Positions 7,532 to 17,913 of a stretch of DNA of 47,593 nucleotides are shown here, piece after piece. The DNA is taken from NCBI GenBank assembly GCA_025363605.1, contig JANYDO010000359.1:1-47593 (forward strand), given 5' to 3'. Within the stretch, counting starts at the first letter, position 1, and every line of letters begins with the position of its first letter. A program made the translations under genes and the position numbers. A model generated the notes under the pieces. The model ran no database searches. It saw only the letters and a program-made list of their open reading frames with translations, and was not told the origin of the DNA. The stretch is from Candidatus Kapaibacterium sp. Its GTDB lineage: Bacteria; Bacteroidota; Ignavibacteria; Kapaibacteriales; UBA4661.

Positions 7532-10096
7532 ATGCCCTACAACCACCAATCCATCGAAGCCAAATGGCAACAATTCTGGGATGTAAATAAAACGTTCCGC
7601 ACGATAACCGACACAACGAAGCCCAAATACTACGTCCTCGATATGTTCCCCTATCCAAGCGGGGCGGGTCTGCACGTCGGGCATCCCGAAGGCTATACCG
7701 CCACCGACATCGTGAGCCGCTACAAACGCATGAAAGGTTTCAGCGTTCTGCATCCGATGGGTTTTGATGCCTTCGGCTTGCCGACCGAGCGATACGCGAT
7801 GACGACGGGAATTCACCCCGCAAAAGTAACGGCGGATAACATTGTGAACTTCACGCGCCAGCTCAAGTCTATCGGTTTCGGCTACGACTGGGAGCGCGTT
7901 ATCAATACCACCACACCGGATTACTACAAGTGGACGCAGTGGATTTTCCTGCTCATTTACAATTCATGGTACGACGAAGCGCAGAAAAAGGCGCGTCCTA
8001 TCGGCGAACTCCCGATTCCGGCGGAGTACAAAACACCGCTCGAAATTCAAGGGTATCAAGATTCTAAGCGCCTCGCGTTTATTGCCGAAATCCCCGTGAA
8101 CTGGTGCGAGGCACTCGGAACAGTACTTGCAAACGAGGAAGTGGACGAATGGACAAGCAAGGGCTATACCGTCGAGCGCCGCCCGATGCGCCAATGGATG
8201 CTGCGTATCACTGCGTATGCAGAGCGTTTATTGCATGATTTCGCCTACTTGGACTGGCCCCAGTCAACGGTGGAAATGCAAAAGCATTGGATTGGGAAAT
8301 CCGAAGGCGCTGAAGTAACGTTCCCACTTGTCGGACATGACGAAGGCATTACGGTTTATACCACGCGCCCGGACACAATCTTTGGCGTTTCGTATATCGT
8401 GCTTGCGCCGGAGCATTCGCTTGTGGAGCGCATAACGACGGACGCGCAACGCACGGCAGTAGAAGAATATAAAAAAGCCGTTGCGCTTAAAAGCGATCTT
8501 GAGCGCACCGAACTTGCAAAAGAAAAAAGCGGCGTTCCTACGGGCGCATATGTACTGAATCCCGTAAATGGCGAAAAAGTACCGGTCTGGATTGCTGATT
8601 ACGTACTGGCGCACTACGGCACGGGTTCGGTGATGGGCGTTCCCTCCGGCGACGTGCGAGACTTTGCTTTTGCAACCAAATTTGGCTTACCGATTCCGAT
8701 TGTCCTCAAGCCTGCAGACGGCTCGGAATGGGACTTCACGAAGGATGGCTATGACGATTACGAAAATGCAATAGCTATCAATTCCAAGAATGATAAAGTC
8801 TCGCTGGACAGTATGGAATCGAACAAAGCGAAAAAATGGATGACGATGTGGCTTGCAAGCGAAGGTTTGGGTAAATTGAAGGTGCAGTACAAACTCCGTG
8901 ATTGGCTGTTCTCGCGCCAACGCTATTGGGGTGAACCTGTGCCGATTATGTTCTTCGAGGACGGAACGCGCCGCGCATTGGAAGCCGACGAACTGCCATT
9001 GAAACTCCCGAATGTGAGCGACTTTCAGCCCGCAGGCACAGGCGAATCGCCGCTTGCAAAGGTGGAAGAATGGATAAACTTCACCGACAAAAAAACGGGC
9101 AAAAAAGCACGGTACGAAACCAACACCATGCCGCAATGGGCGGGTTCGTGCTGGTATTATTTGCGCTTCATAGACCCAAGCAATGATGCGGCACTTGTGG
9201 ACGCGGCATTGGAAAAATATTGGATGAGTGAGGGAAATAATGGCGGTATTGACCTTTACATGGGCGGCGCAGAGCACAGCGTACTGCACCTCTTGTACGC
9301 ACGCTTTTGGCATAAGGTTTTGTTTGATTATGGTTATGTTTCCACGCCGGAACCGTTCAAAAAGCTGTTTCATCAAGGCTTAATTTTGGGCGAGGATTCC
9401 GTGAAAATGTCGAAATCGCGCGGGAATGTGGTCAATCCTGACGACGTAATCAAGGAACACGGTGCGGATGCGCTTCGCATATTTGAAATGTTTATGGGAC
9501 CCTTGGAGGCTGCAAAACCTTGGTCAACGAAAGGCGTAGAGGGCGTTGCACGGTTTTTGAGCCGCGCCTATCGCATGATTACCAATGAAGAAACGGGCAA
9601 ACTTTCTGCCGATGTGAAAGAGACTGAACTCAGCAAAGAACAAGCATTTGTATTGCATTATACCATCAAAAAAGTCGGCGAAGATATTGAAAACCTGAGT
9701 TTCAACACCGCCGTTTCGCAAATGATGATTTTCGTGAACGAGTTCTTCAAGGCAGATGTGAAGCCACGCGCCGCAATGGAATCGTTTGTACTATGCCTTG
9801 CGCCATTTGCTCCGCACTTGGGCGAAGAACTGTGGCAAATTCTGGGGCATACCGAAAGTGTCGCAACAGTGGCTTTTCCTGAATACGACGCATCGAAACT
9901 GGTGCAGGACGAAATCGAAATCGTGTTGCAAATCAACAGCAAAGTTCGCGCGAAGGTCGTCGTTCCAAACAATGCCGATGCAGCAACACTGGAGAAAATC
10001 GCTCTTGCCGACCCGACGGTACAGAAATTCTTAGAAGGCAGAACGCCGAAAAAGATAGTGGCGGTTCCGAATAAATTGGTGAATTTTATTGTGTAG
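7532..10096 (+). CDS. leuS: Leucine--tRNA ligase
   Basis: [14 protein letters not shown] (HIGH), KMSKS, YTTRPDT editing domain, [13 protein letters not shown]. Confidence 0.98.
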   Translation: MPYNHQSIEAKWQQFWDVNKTFRTITDTTKPKYYVLDMFPYPSGAGLHVGHPEGYTATDIVSRYKRMKGFSVLHPMGFDAFGLPTERYAMTTGIHPAKVTADNIVNFTRQLKSIGFGYDWERVINTTTPDYYKWTQWIFLLIYNSWYDEAQKKARPIGELPIPAEYKTPLEIQGYQDSKRLAFIAEIPVNWCEALGTVLANEEVDEWTSKGYTVERRPMRQWMLRITAYAERLLHDFAYLDWPQSTVEMQKHWIGKSEGAEVTFPLVGHDEGITVYTTRPDTIFGVSYIVLAPEHSLVERITTDAQRTAVEEYKKAVALKSDLERTELAKEKSGVPTGAYVLNPVNGEKVPVWIADYVLAHYGTGSVMGVPSGDVRDFAFATKFGLPIPIVLKPADGSEWDFTKDGYDDYENAIAINSKNDKVSLDSMESNKAKKWMTMWLASEGLGKLKVQYKLRDWLFSRQRYWGEPVPIMFFEDGTRRALEADELPLKLPNVSDFQPAGTGESPLAKVEEWINFTDKKTGKKARYETNTMPQWAGSCWYYLRFIDPSNDAALVDAALEKYWMSEGNNGGIDLYMGGAEHSVLHLLYARFWHKVLFDYGYVSTPEPFKKLFHQGLILGEDSVKMSKSRGNVVNPDDVIKEHGADALRIFEMFMGPLEAAKPWSTKGVEGVARFLSRAYRMITNEETGKLSADVKETELSKEQAFVLHYTIKKVGEDIENLSFNTAVSQMMIFVNEFFKADVKPRAAMESFVLCLAPFAPHLGEELWQILGHTESVATVAFPEYDASKLVQDEIEIVLQINSKVRAKVVVPNNADAATLEKIALADPTVQKFLEGRTPKKIVAVPNKLVNFIV

Positions 10097-10241
10097 ATTT
10101 CTGTGAAAGAACGCAATAGAAGTATATCGTGAATGGGACGCACAACCAAAACGAGATGCAGAAAATGGTAAGCTGAATAGGCTTGCTATTTCTGCGCTCG
10201 CGGAGTTTCATGCCGGAATCAAAACCATATAATACCATTTT

Positions 10242-10439
10242 TAATTTGAAGTTATTAGAGAAGTTACGCTTTCCCAAATTCCCCTTCACTTGTGAAGGGG
10301 TGGCAGTCAAGCACAGCGCAGACTGACGGGGTAGCGTCTCACGACGACGAAGAAACACCCCGTCCTCGCTATCGCTCAGACACCCCATCTTTGTCCCAAA
10401 GAGGGGAATTTGAGAAAGCTCAAGCGTAACTTCAGATTA
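10242..10439. mobile_element. MITE-like inverted-repeat element enclosing a TTCCCCT...AGGGGAA REP doublet
   Basis: GAAGTTACGCTT (10260-10271) and AAGCGTAACTTC (10422-10433) are perfect inverted repeats; TAATTTGAAGTTA (10242-10254) also matches 10427-10439. Inner IR CTTTCCCAAATTCCCCT/AGGGGAATTTGAGAAAG; GACGGGGT/ACCCCGTC inside. Confidence 0.65.
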
Positions 10440-10459
10440 TTATTTCCAATTCTTTGTCA

Positions 10460-10483
10460 AACAAGGCAGCATGCTGCCTTGTT
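10460..10483. repeat. Perfect 24-bp palindrome
   Basis: AACAAGGCAGCATGCTGCCTTGTT. Confidence 0.7.
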
Positions 10484-10547
10484 AAATCAAGAGTAGAAAA
10501 ATTCGGTTAAAACCATATAATTTCATCACGCGAAATCAGTTTCTCCC

Positions 10548-12278
10548 ATGGCACTGTTTCACACCACCGAAAAATCACTCCCCAAAGCTATTGCCGATTT
10601 AACGACGGCTCAACTCCGTTCATTGGTTGGCTCGACAATATTCCAACGCGGCGAAAGTTATTACAGCAGTGGCGCTGTGGAAGATATTGCCTACACCGAC
10701 AGCCTAACGCTTGAGGCAACAGTTGGTGGGTCGGAGTTTTATGGTATTATTATATCATTGGACGGCGACGGTGTTGAAGCCGAGTGCGACTGCCCTTACG
10801 ATGGCGGCACGTGCAAACACGTTGTTGCCGTGCTGCTCGAAGCGATGAGCGAAGGCGATAGCATTCGTGGTTATCCCGAAGAAGATAACGAAAGTTCAGG
10901 AAAAACGGGTGTTCTGCCGCTTCAATCTCTCGGCAATGGAGGAACGCCGCCGGAAGCAAGTAAGGAATTTCAAGCGTACGTCGAATCGTTACCCTTGAAA
11001 GAATTGCAAGAGTTGGTGCTGCGTTATGCGCCGGAAGATTTTCGCCGTACTGTACTGACACGTGCGCTGAACGAAACAGATGCCGAAAAAGTGATGAAAG
11101 CCGCCGAGCGTGCTATCGAACAAATATTCCAAAACGATTATCTCCGGCACGACAACAGCAAGCTGGAGCGAGAACTCATGCGCCAGTGCAGCCGTGTGCG
11201 CGGTTTGTGGGAGATGCTGCCGGAGCGCGTCGGGGCTATGCTGGTGGGCATTATCACGACCATTGACGAGGGATTTGAGGAAGGTGATTTTTATGGCCAT
11301 GACGATTACGATTACGATGACGAAGGCTTTGCTTCTGATGAGTTCGATGAGTATGTGGTGCAGTTTCTTCGCTCTATTCCCGTTAGCAAGAAATCGCCGA
11401 TTGTTGCGCAAATTGGGGATGCACTAGGGGCGACAGGGTACGGAGCATTTAGCAATATTGAAAAGCGCAAAGCCGAATGGTACACGCCTCAGGAACTGCC
11501 GGCACTGAAAGAAACTATTCTGCAAGCCATCCGAACCAAAAAATATGGAGGCAATGCGGAACTGGATTACAAGACCATTGCGCCAAACCTTGATGATGCA
11601 GAGCGAGAATTGATGCTGCTTGCAAGCTATATCAATAGCAGTACACTGACGCTTGAATTGGTGGCACTGTACCGAAGACAAGGCAAAGCAACAGAAGCAC
11701 TCAGGATTGTGGACAATTTCATTCAGAAGCCCGGCGAAAAATATTGGTCAATGTTCGGCAGTAGCGCTATTTTGCTATGCCGATTGGAGCTTGCGGCGGT
11801 GATGCAGGAACCACCGACAGCGTATCTGAAATCTGCCGAAAAACTTCTCCAAGCGCACCCCAAAGCTGAACTTTTGCAGGCGGCTTCGGAATATCTTGGT
11901 GCTGGGGCGGAACCTTTAGAAACGTTGCTGCATAAGCAGAACCCCGAAGAATTCTTCCGCTATTTGGACAAGCAAGAGCGCTGGAAAGAGTGTTGGGCAA
12001 TGGTTCACGCAAAGAGCCTCCGCTCCGGCACGGAATACCTATTTGCCATCAAGAGATTGCACACTGAGCCGGAGAATGCCAAAGAGGTATTGCTACGCCA
12101 CATTGAGACCCAAAAGAAAATTGCTGACAACAATGCGTATAGCCAAGTCGCCGAAGCACTGAAGTATTTGCAAACGATTGACAGCGTAAAAGCGCAGGAA
12201 ATCTTACTCGACCTGCGTACGAACTACAAGCGCCGTACAAATTTGATGAAACTGCTGAATATGTATTTTCGCCCCTGA
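10548..12278 (+). CDS. SWIM zinc-finger domain protein with helical C-terminal region
   Basis: IFQRGESYY...ECDCPYDGGTCKHVVAVLL (CxC...CxH SWIM motif); C-terminal YKRRTNLMKLL. Confidence 0.85.
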   Translation: MALFHTTEKSLPKAIADLTTAQLRSLVGSTIFQRGESYYSSGAVEDIAYTDSLTLEATVGGSEFYGIIISLDGDGVEAECDCPYDGGTCKHVVAVLLEAMSEGDSIRGYPEEDNESSGKTGVLPLQSLGNGGTPPEASKEFQAYVESLPLKELQELVLRYAPEDFRRTVLTRALNETDAEKVMKAAERAIEQIFQNDYLRHDNSKLERELMRQCSRVRGLWEMLPERVGAMLVGIITTIDEGFEEGDFYGHDDYDYDDEGFASDEFDEYVVQFLRSIPVSKKSPIVAQIGDALGATGYGAFSNIEKRKAEWYTPQELPALKETILQAIRTKKYGGNAELDYKTIAPNLDDAERELMLLASYINSSTLTLELVALYRRQGKATEALRIVDNFIQKPGEKYWSMFGSSAILLCRLELAAVMQEPPTAYLKSAEKLLQAHPKAELLQAASEYLGAGAEPLETLLHKQNPEEFFRYLDKQERWKECWAMVHAKSLRSGTEYLFAIKRLHTEPENAKEVLLRHIETQKKIADNNAYSQVAEALKYLQTIDSVKAQEILLDLRTNYKRRTNLMKLLNMYFRP

Positions 12279-12334
12279 CCATTTATCAGAAATTCCTCAT
12301 CACACTATAGTTCGTAAAAGCATAGACAAATATG

Positions 12335-13585
12335 TCAAGCTGCTACTTTGTACGGAGTAATGCGTACAGGGCGAACTACAACGCCCTGTATCCCATCGGC
12401 GGAATCACGATTCCAAGCGTTTGGGAATACTTTTCGGAGAATATTTGCCGCTCCGTTAATATCGGCATTGATTTGGCGACCGTCTGAAGCCACAAACAAG
12501 CCCCGATGCTTGCGTTTACCCATGTAGGTCTCGTGTTTGGTAATTGGTTCATTGTCCAAAAACGAGCATTTTGAGGTGTAGCTTTCTTCGGTCAAAACAA
12601 CCGCAATACCGACCAATGCTGCTTTGTATCGCAGTTGGTCAATAAACCGCGCATGAGGAATGTTCACAAAGGCTTGATTGGTGCGCTTGCCAAGATTAAC
12701 CTCTTGCTTCCAGTGCGGGTTTTTACCGATAACCAGTGTACCGATGCCGCGTTCGACCAGTTCTTTGATAACGAGGCTGCTTGCATGATGCAAGTAATTG
12801 TCCATTTTGCAGTTCCGTTTGTGCGTCAGCTTGCGAATACGGCGCGAAGTCTGCTTTTCGCCGCCGCCACGGTCGCCGTGGCATCGTGATTGCAAGGCTG
12901 CTTTTTGCTTGTTGTAGTAGGCGTTCATGGATTTAAGCGGTCTGCCGTTTATCAAGAGCGGACGGAATCCGGCTTGATTGGAAGTTACAGCCGCAAGTGT
13001 TCCAATGCCAATATCTACACTCGCTATCTTGCTTTTGTCGGCGGTCTTTTCAAGGTCGGATTTTTGAGGTGCTTTATCGTACACAACTTCAACAACATAG
13101 TGGTCAAGCTGAGGACTGATGCGGACTTGTTGAATATTGTGCTGCTTGGTCGGCACGTCAATCGTCGTCATGGACAAGCGCACAATGCCGTTACGAAGAT
13201 GCGGCTTGGAAACCGCCTGCACCGTGTAGAGCGCGAGAAATCGCCCTTGTTCTTTGTTTTTGTAACGTGGAAGTTTTGGTTTACCAAGAAAACGCTCAGG
13301 ATGCTTGCCAAACTCGCGCATGGCGGCAAAATGTGCTTTCCAGTTGCGGCAAAGTTGCATCAGAACTTGCTGGGAGACTTTTGACGGCAAGGCACGATAC
13401 GCATCGCTCGGTTGCATGAGTTTATCCAATGCGTTGTAGCCAAGCACCGTGTTGGTCGCAAAGAACTGTTGGCGAATCGTGTAGTTTGCCAGATTGTAGA
13501 GGTTTTTTGCGGCAAAACACACACGGTCGCACTCGGCGAAAAGTCGGTGGTTTTTGGTAATGATATGACGTTCTACAAGTCTCAT
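12335..13585 (-). CDS. tnpB: RNA-guided endonuclease TnpB
   Basis: AKNLYNLANY, RuvC-I ASVDIG, LVIGKN, TEESYTSKCS and RuvC-III INADINGAANI; 416 aa. Confidence 0.93.
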   Translation of the reverse strand: MRLVERHIITKNHRLFAECDRVCFAAKNLYNLANYTIRQQFFATNTVLGYNALDKLMQPSDAYRALPSKVSQQVLMQLCRNWKAHFAAMREFGKHPERFLGKPKLPRYKNKEQGRFLALYTVQAVSKPHLRNGIVRLSMTTIDVPTKQHNIQQVRISPQLDHYVVEVVYDKAPQKSDLEKTADKSKIASVDIGIGTLAAVTSNQAGFRPLLINGRPLKSMNAYYNKQKAALQSRCHGDRGGGEKQTSRRIRKLTHKRNCKMDNYLHHASSLVIKELVERGIGTLVIGKNPHWKQEVNLGKRTNQAFVNIPHARFIDQLRYKAALVGIAVVLTEESYTSKCSFLDNEPITKHETYMGKRKHRGLFVASDGRQINADINGAANILRKVFPNAWNRDSADGIQGVVVRPVRITPYKVAA

Positions 13586-14175
13586 TCGTTCTCGTGCAGT
13601 TCTTTGATGATGGCTTCCGCCATCGTTACGATGGCTGTCTTGCGTTGTGAACGGCGTAATCCGTAGAGACGCGCCGTAAAACTGGTGATGATAGCGACAA
13701 AATCTTGCATCAAATCATCTTTATTGTCGTGGACGTTGTTGATAATCTCAATCGTTTTGCCTTGCTTTTGAAGCAGAACACCAAGATAATTGACACCAAA
13801 CCGCGCCAAACGGTCTTTGTGTTCAACAAGCACAATATCCCAAGCGTCCCAGAGCAAGATTTTTTCCAACAACGGACGTTTATCATTCAATCCGCTTCCA
13901 ATTTCTTTGACTTCGCGGACAATCGTGTAGCCTTTGGCGGAAGCATAGCCACGTAAGCGTTCAAGCTGTGTTTCAACGTTGGCCTTATTTTCCGACGATG
14001 AGACACGGGCGTACAACACCGCTCGTTGCTTGGTTGTAACAACATTAGAAGATTCTTCTTCGACCACAATCGTTCCGCTTGCAAGCTGTGTACCCTTGAT
14101 AAAACCCTGCTTCCAATGGCGGTGCGCTGTGCGGTACGAAATCGAATGGCGTTTGGCATATTCTGAGAGTTTCAT
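13582..14175 (-). CDS. tnpA: IS607-family transposase (serine recombinase)
   Basis: N-terminal HTH MKLSEYAK...YRTAHRHW; catalytic LYARVSS; EIGSGLN, VEHKDRLARFG and TSFTARLYG. Confidence 0.95.
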   Translation of the reverse strand: MKLSEYAKRHSISYRTAHRHWKQGFIKGTQLASGTIVVEEESSNVVTTKQRAVLYARVSSSENKANVETQLERLRGYASAKGYTIVREVKEIGSGLNDKRPLLEKILLWDAWDIVLVEHKDRLARFGVNYLGVLLQKQGKTIEIINNVHDNKDDLMQDFVAIITSFTARLYGLRRSQRKTAIVTMAEAIIKELHENE

Positions 14176-14266
14176 TCGGCAAATATACGACGCATTTGCC
14201 TATTTACGACTATAATTGTCTATAAAATCAACGAAGCTATTTGATACTCAACAAAAAGGAACAACC

Positions 14267-15073
14267 ATGAAAGCCAATGGAAAAACTATCGTCGTTACGG
14301 GTGCTGGAAGCGGCATGGGACGCGAACTCACGCTGCATCTGCTTGCTAAAGGCGCACGAGTTGCGGCTGTGGATATGAACGAAACATCGCTTGCCGAAAC
14401 GCTGGCACTGGCAAAAGACAAACAAGCTATGGCAAGTACGCACATCCTGAACATTACCGACAAAGCAGCAGTCGAAGCACTGCCCGCGTCGGTGATAGCG
14501 GCGCACGGCTCGGTGGACGGCATTATCAACAATGCCGGTATCATTCAGCCTTTTGTACGGTTCTATGATTTGCCGTTCGATGCTATTGAGCGGGTGATGA
14601 ATGTGAATTTCTACGGTACGTTGTACATGATTAAAGCGTTTTTGCCACATCTTCGCGCACGCCCGGAAGCGCATATCGTCAATACTTCCAGTATGGGCGG
14701 CTTTCTGCCTGTGCCGGGGCAAACCATCTATGGAGCATCCAAAGCGGCAGTCAAACTTCTGACCGAAGGGCTGCATTCGGAACTTTCCGATACGAATGTG
14801 CGCGTAACGGTTGTGTTCCCGGGAGCCATCAATACAAACATTACCCAAAATTCCGGTGTTTCCATTTCTTCCGGCGCAGAGGGACAAGAAAGCTCATTTC
14901 CGACGCTTCCGGCGGCGAAAGCAGCTGAGATAATTATTGAGGCAATGGAGCAAAACCGCTATCGCGTTTTGGTGGGTAAAGATGCTAAACTGATGGATAT
15001 GCTGTATCGCCTGAATCCACGCCGTGCGGCGGGACTTATCTACAAGCAAATGCAAACATTATTGCCGAAATAA
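14267..15073 (+). CDS. SDR-family oxidoreductase
   Basis: TGAGSGMG, INNAG and YGASK (YxxxK) motifs; ATG 14267 after AAGGA. Confidence 0.92.
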   Translation: MKANGKTIVVTGAGSGMGRELTLHLLAKGARVAAVDMNETSLAETLALAKDKQAMASTHILNITDKAAVEALPASVIAAHGSVDGIINNAGIIQPFVRFYDLPFDAIERVMNVNFYGTLYMIKAFLPHLRARPEAHIVNTSSMGGFLPVPGQTIYGASKAAVKLLTEGLHSELSDTNVRVTVVFPGAINTNITQNSGVSISSGAEGQESSFPTLPAAKAAEIIIEAMEQNRYRVLVGKDAKLMDMLYRLNPRRAAGLIYKQMQTLLPK

Positions 15074-15241
15074 ATTTCAGCGACATTATTTCCTCGCTCA
15101 CAGAATGTTTGCGAGGCTTCTCTCAATTTGGAGCTACGGGATATTCACCAAGGCGTTGTTGTATGCGGTTTAGCAAGCAAAGGAGTCAGAATTTAGTCTT
15201 GAGTGTACGAATTCCGGGTACTTTCTAACGAGGAATATATT

Positions 15242-15469
15242 ATGAATAATCAACACTTTCCTGTTATTGTCGAACTCGACGAAGACGGTATGTTTATCGT
15301 CTCTTGTCCGACGTTTCGCGGCTGTCATTCTTTTGGCAAAACCCTAGAGGAGGCAATGAGCAATCTTCGTGACGTGATAGAAATGTGTTTGGAAGAGCGC
15401 GGCGAGGGTTTTATCTCAACAAACACATTCGTTGGTGTACGCGATATTGAGGTGCTTCCTCATGCCTAA
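15242..15469 (+). CDS. hicB: HicB-family antitoxin
   Basis: FPVIVELDEDGMFIVSCPTFRGCHSFGKTLEEAMSNLRDVIEMCLE; GAGGA upstream; overlaps the next ATG. Confidence 0.88.
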   Translation: MNNQHFPVIVELDEDGMFIVSCPTFRGCHSFGKTLEEAMSNLRDVIEMCLEERGEGFISTNTFVGVRDIEVLPHA

Positions 15470-16514
15470 ATCTCCTTCGCTCTCCGGTAAAGAAATGCTC
15501 AAGTTTCTTGAATGGTTGGGCTTTGTCGTTGTGCGTACCTGTGGCTCGCATCACAGGATGCGTCATGCTGACGGACGCGTAACGACTGTGGCAGTACATG
15601 GAAATACACCTCTGCCCAACGGAAAGAGTATCATTGGCTGTTACTACTATGATTTGCCCCGTTTGGCGAGGCTTCATCCGAACGGCTCCATTGATACCGT
15701 CATCTGCACCGACCTTTTCAATAAAGATCAAGCAGACAGCTCCGGAAGCCTTTCCAGCTTCTTTCTGCAAAGTAGCGGCAAGCTGCTCGTCGCCGGACAT
15801 TTTACTCGATTCAATGGCTATGATGCTCACCAAATTGTTCGATTAAACGCTGATTACAGCATGGACGAGCCATTTTTGCGAGCGCTACAAAACAGCATAA
15901 CAGCAGAAGAGGTACGAAGTATAGCTCCTCAATCTGACGGAAAAATTCTTGTCGTTGTTGAAAAAAAAATAACGAATCCCTCTGAACAAGGAATGTCCAG
16001 AGATACTGTCCGTCTGAATATTGACGGCACAAGAGATACAACTTTTCAGTGCAGTTTTTATCCCTTGGGTTATGCCGTGTTTTCGCAGAGAATAAATGTA
16101 CAACATGATGGCGGTATTTTGATGAGTGGTTTCCATGAGCGCTTTGGTGGGAATAATCCGCAGATGCTCCCGCTTTTTCGCCTCCATCCAAACGGCACAA
16201 TGGATGAGGACTTCCCCGCAATGCAAGATGGAGAAATCATGATTCACAGAGTCTATGAACTTTCAGGCGGAAAGAGCCTTATTCAGGTGTATTCTTCTGC
16301 CACTATCAAAGGTATATCTTTCTATTCTTTCGCAGTTTTGACCATTCCACCACGCACATTGCTTCCCCACGAGATTCTACCGCCTTTGCCGCCCAAAGAA
16401 AATGATGACTGGGATAAAATTTTTCTGAGAGGTACAGGCTTTTTAAGAAATCCCATATTGAATTCATGCAGCAATGGAAAAACTCTACCCAATCCGATAC
16501 GGCAAAGCAGATAA
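15462..16514 (+). CDS. Chimera: HicA toxin N-terminal 55 aa fused in frame to delta-60-type beta-propeller repeats
   Basis: MPKSPSLSGKEMLKFLEWLGFVVVRTCGSHHRMRHADGRVTTVAVHG is HicA. It is followed by RLHPNGSID, LQSSGKLLVAGHF, RLNADYSMD, QSDGKILV and RLNIDGTRD repeats. Confidence 0.75.
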   Translation: MPKSPSLSGKEMLKFLEWLGFVVVRTCGSHHRMRHADGRVTTVAVHGNTPLPNGKSIIGCYYYDLPRLARLHPNGSIDTVICTDLFNKDQADSSGSLSSFFLQSSGKLLVAGHFTRFNGYDAHQIVRLNADYSMDEPFLRALQNSITAEEVRSIAPQSDGKILVVVEKKITNPSEQGMSRDTVRLNIDGTRDTTFQCSFYPLGYAVFSQRINVQHDGGILMSGFHERFGGNNPQMLPLFRLHPNGTMDEDFPAMQDGEIMIHRVYELSGGKSLIQVYSSATIKGISFYSFAVLTIPPRTLLPHEILPPLPPKENDDWDKIFLRGTGFLRNPILNSCSNGKTLPNPIRQSR

Positions 16515-16559
16515 TCACATCAAGCACCATGTTGTTTTTCCATAAGTATTTTCTTTTTC

Positions 16560-17804
16560 ATGCTCACCACCCACGACTTTACCAACGATGTCCGCGACGA
16601 AATAGCAGCTTTCAAGCGGGACTTCAACCTTGCCGCCGCGACTAATCTTCTCTATACAAAGCCCGATAACGGCGAACGCGTTGGGTTCATGGATGTTGTC
16701 ATCGAAGGCGGTGGCGTGAAGGGGATTGCGGCGTTAGGGGCACTCTTTGCGATAGAAGAGTGCGGTTTGCGATTCCGTAAGATTGCCGGAACAAGTGCCG
16801 GTGCGCTCAATGCCGCCTTTCTGGCATGCGCGGGACGGAGTGCTGCCGACCACAGAACGTCTCAACTGCTGGAAGTATTGGCAAATATAGATTTCCTGCG
16901 CTTTGCCGATGGTGGTGACGATGCACAAGCAGTAGTGCGCCTTCTGACGCTTCCCGACAATGACAGTGCTCTCGAAACCTTTATGAATCGTGCAAAAACG
17001 ACGGTCGCTATGCTGCGGAATTTGAACGAGGTGATTGTGCGCTTGGGATTGAATCCGGGCGGGCGCTTGAAGGGTTTTTTGTGTTCCGAACTTGAGAAAC
17101 TCAATCGTGGCGAGGAGTTTACAGTTGGTTCGCTTCGGCGCAAGTGGCGGCGCGATGCGATAATGATTGACGGCGAATATCTGGAGCAGGATTTTCAAGT
17201 CGTGGCAACGAATATTTCTCAGCGCCGAAAGGTGGTCTTTCCGTTGGACTTGGAAGATTATGTGCGCGATGCCAATTCTATTCTCGTTGCAGATTTGGTG
17301 CGGGCTTCGGCTTCAATTCCCATGTTCTTTTCTCCCTTCCGGCTTAGTGATTTCTCGACTCCGCCTGAAAATATGAAAGCGTCACATTCTACTTGCTTTG
17401 TGGATGGCTTTATTGTGTCTAATTTTCCACTTTCTATTTTTGACGTATCCGATTTTGCTCGTCCGCCGAAATGTCCTACGTTTGGGTTGACCATTGAAGA
17501 TGATTCGCCGCAAGCCGACAATCAGGAACTGGACAATCTCGTAAAAATCGGGCTGGCAATTTTTCAAACCGCCAGCCAGCATGGCGACAAGGGCTATATC
17601 CACGGCAATCCGCAGAACGCCGCGCGAATTGTGCATATTAGCAATCGCATTCGGCGTGGTGAGAAAGAACATTTTGTGAGCGCGATTGACTTTAACCTCA
17701 GCGATAGCGACAAAATTCAACTCTTTCATAATGGTGTGCGGGCTGCGCTGGACAAGCTGGCAACCTGGAATTTTCACGATTATATCCGGCATTATCGTCG
17801 CTGA
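16560..17804 (+). CDS. Patatin-like phospholipase
   Basis: EGGGVKG oxyanion loop, GTSAG nucleophile elbow, RASASIPMFF, and VDGFIVSNFP (DGx). Confidence 0.9.
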   Translation: MLTTHDFTNDVRDEIAAFKRDFNLAAATNLLYTKPDNGERVGFMDVVIEGGGVKGIAALGALFAIEECGLRFRKIAGTSAGALNAAFLACAGRSAADHRTSQLLEVLANIDFLRFADGGDDAQAVVRLLTLPDNDSALETFMNRAKTTVAMLRNLNEVIVRLGLNPGGRLKGFLCSELEKLNRGEEFTVGSLRRKWRRDAIMIDGEYLEQDFQVVATNISQRRKVVFPLDLEDYVRDANSILVADLVRASASIPMFFSPFRLSDFSTPPENMKASHSTCFVDGFIVSNFPLSIFDVSDFARPPKCPTFGLTIEDDSPQADNQELDNLVKIGLAIFQTASQHGDKGYIHGNPQNAARIVHISNRIRRGEKEHFVSAIDFNLSDSDKIQLFHNGVRAALDKLATWNFHDYIRHYRR

Positions 17805-17913
17805 GAGAATACCGCAAACGCACGGCTTGGAAACACGATAGCGATTCCGTAAATTGAAATGCTTTCTATCAAAAGCATTTTTACAGAATGACGACCATAT
17901 CCAGCGAGGAATT

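Larger units (their letters stand above)
12310..14230 (-). mobile_element. IS607-family insertion sequence (ends approximate)
   Basis: Serine-recombinase tnpA overlaps tnpB by 4 nt. Related subterminal motifs ATAGACAAAT (12322-12331) and inverted ATTTGCCTAT (14194-14203) and AATTGTCTAT (14214-14223). Confidence 0.85.

Noticed and set aside
14176-14266. IStron (group I intron fused to IS607)
   Set aside because: Only about 90 bp separate tnpA from the next gene and the element is intergenic, leaving no room for an intron core.
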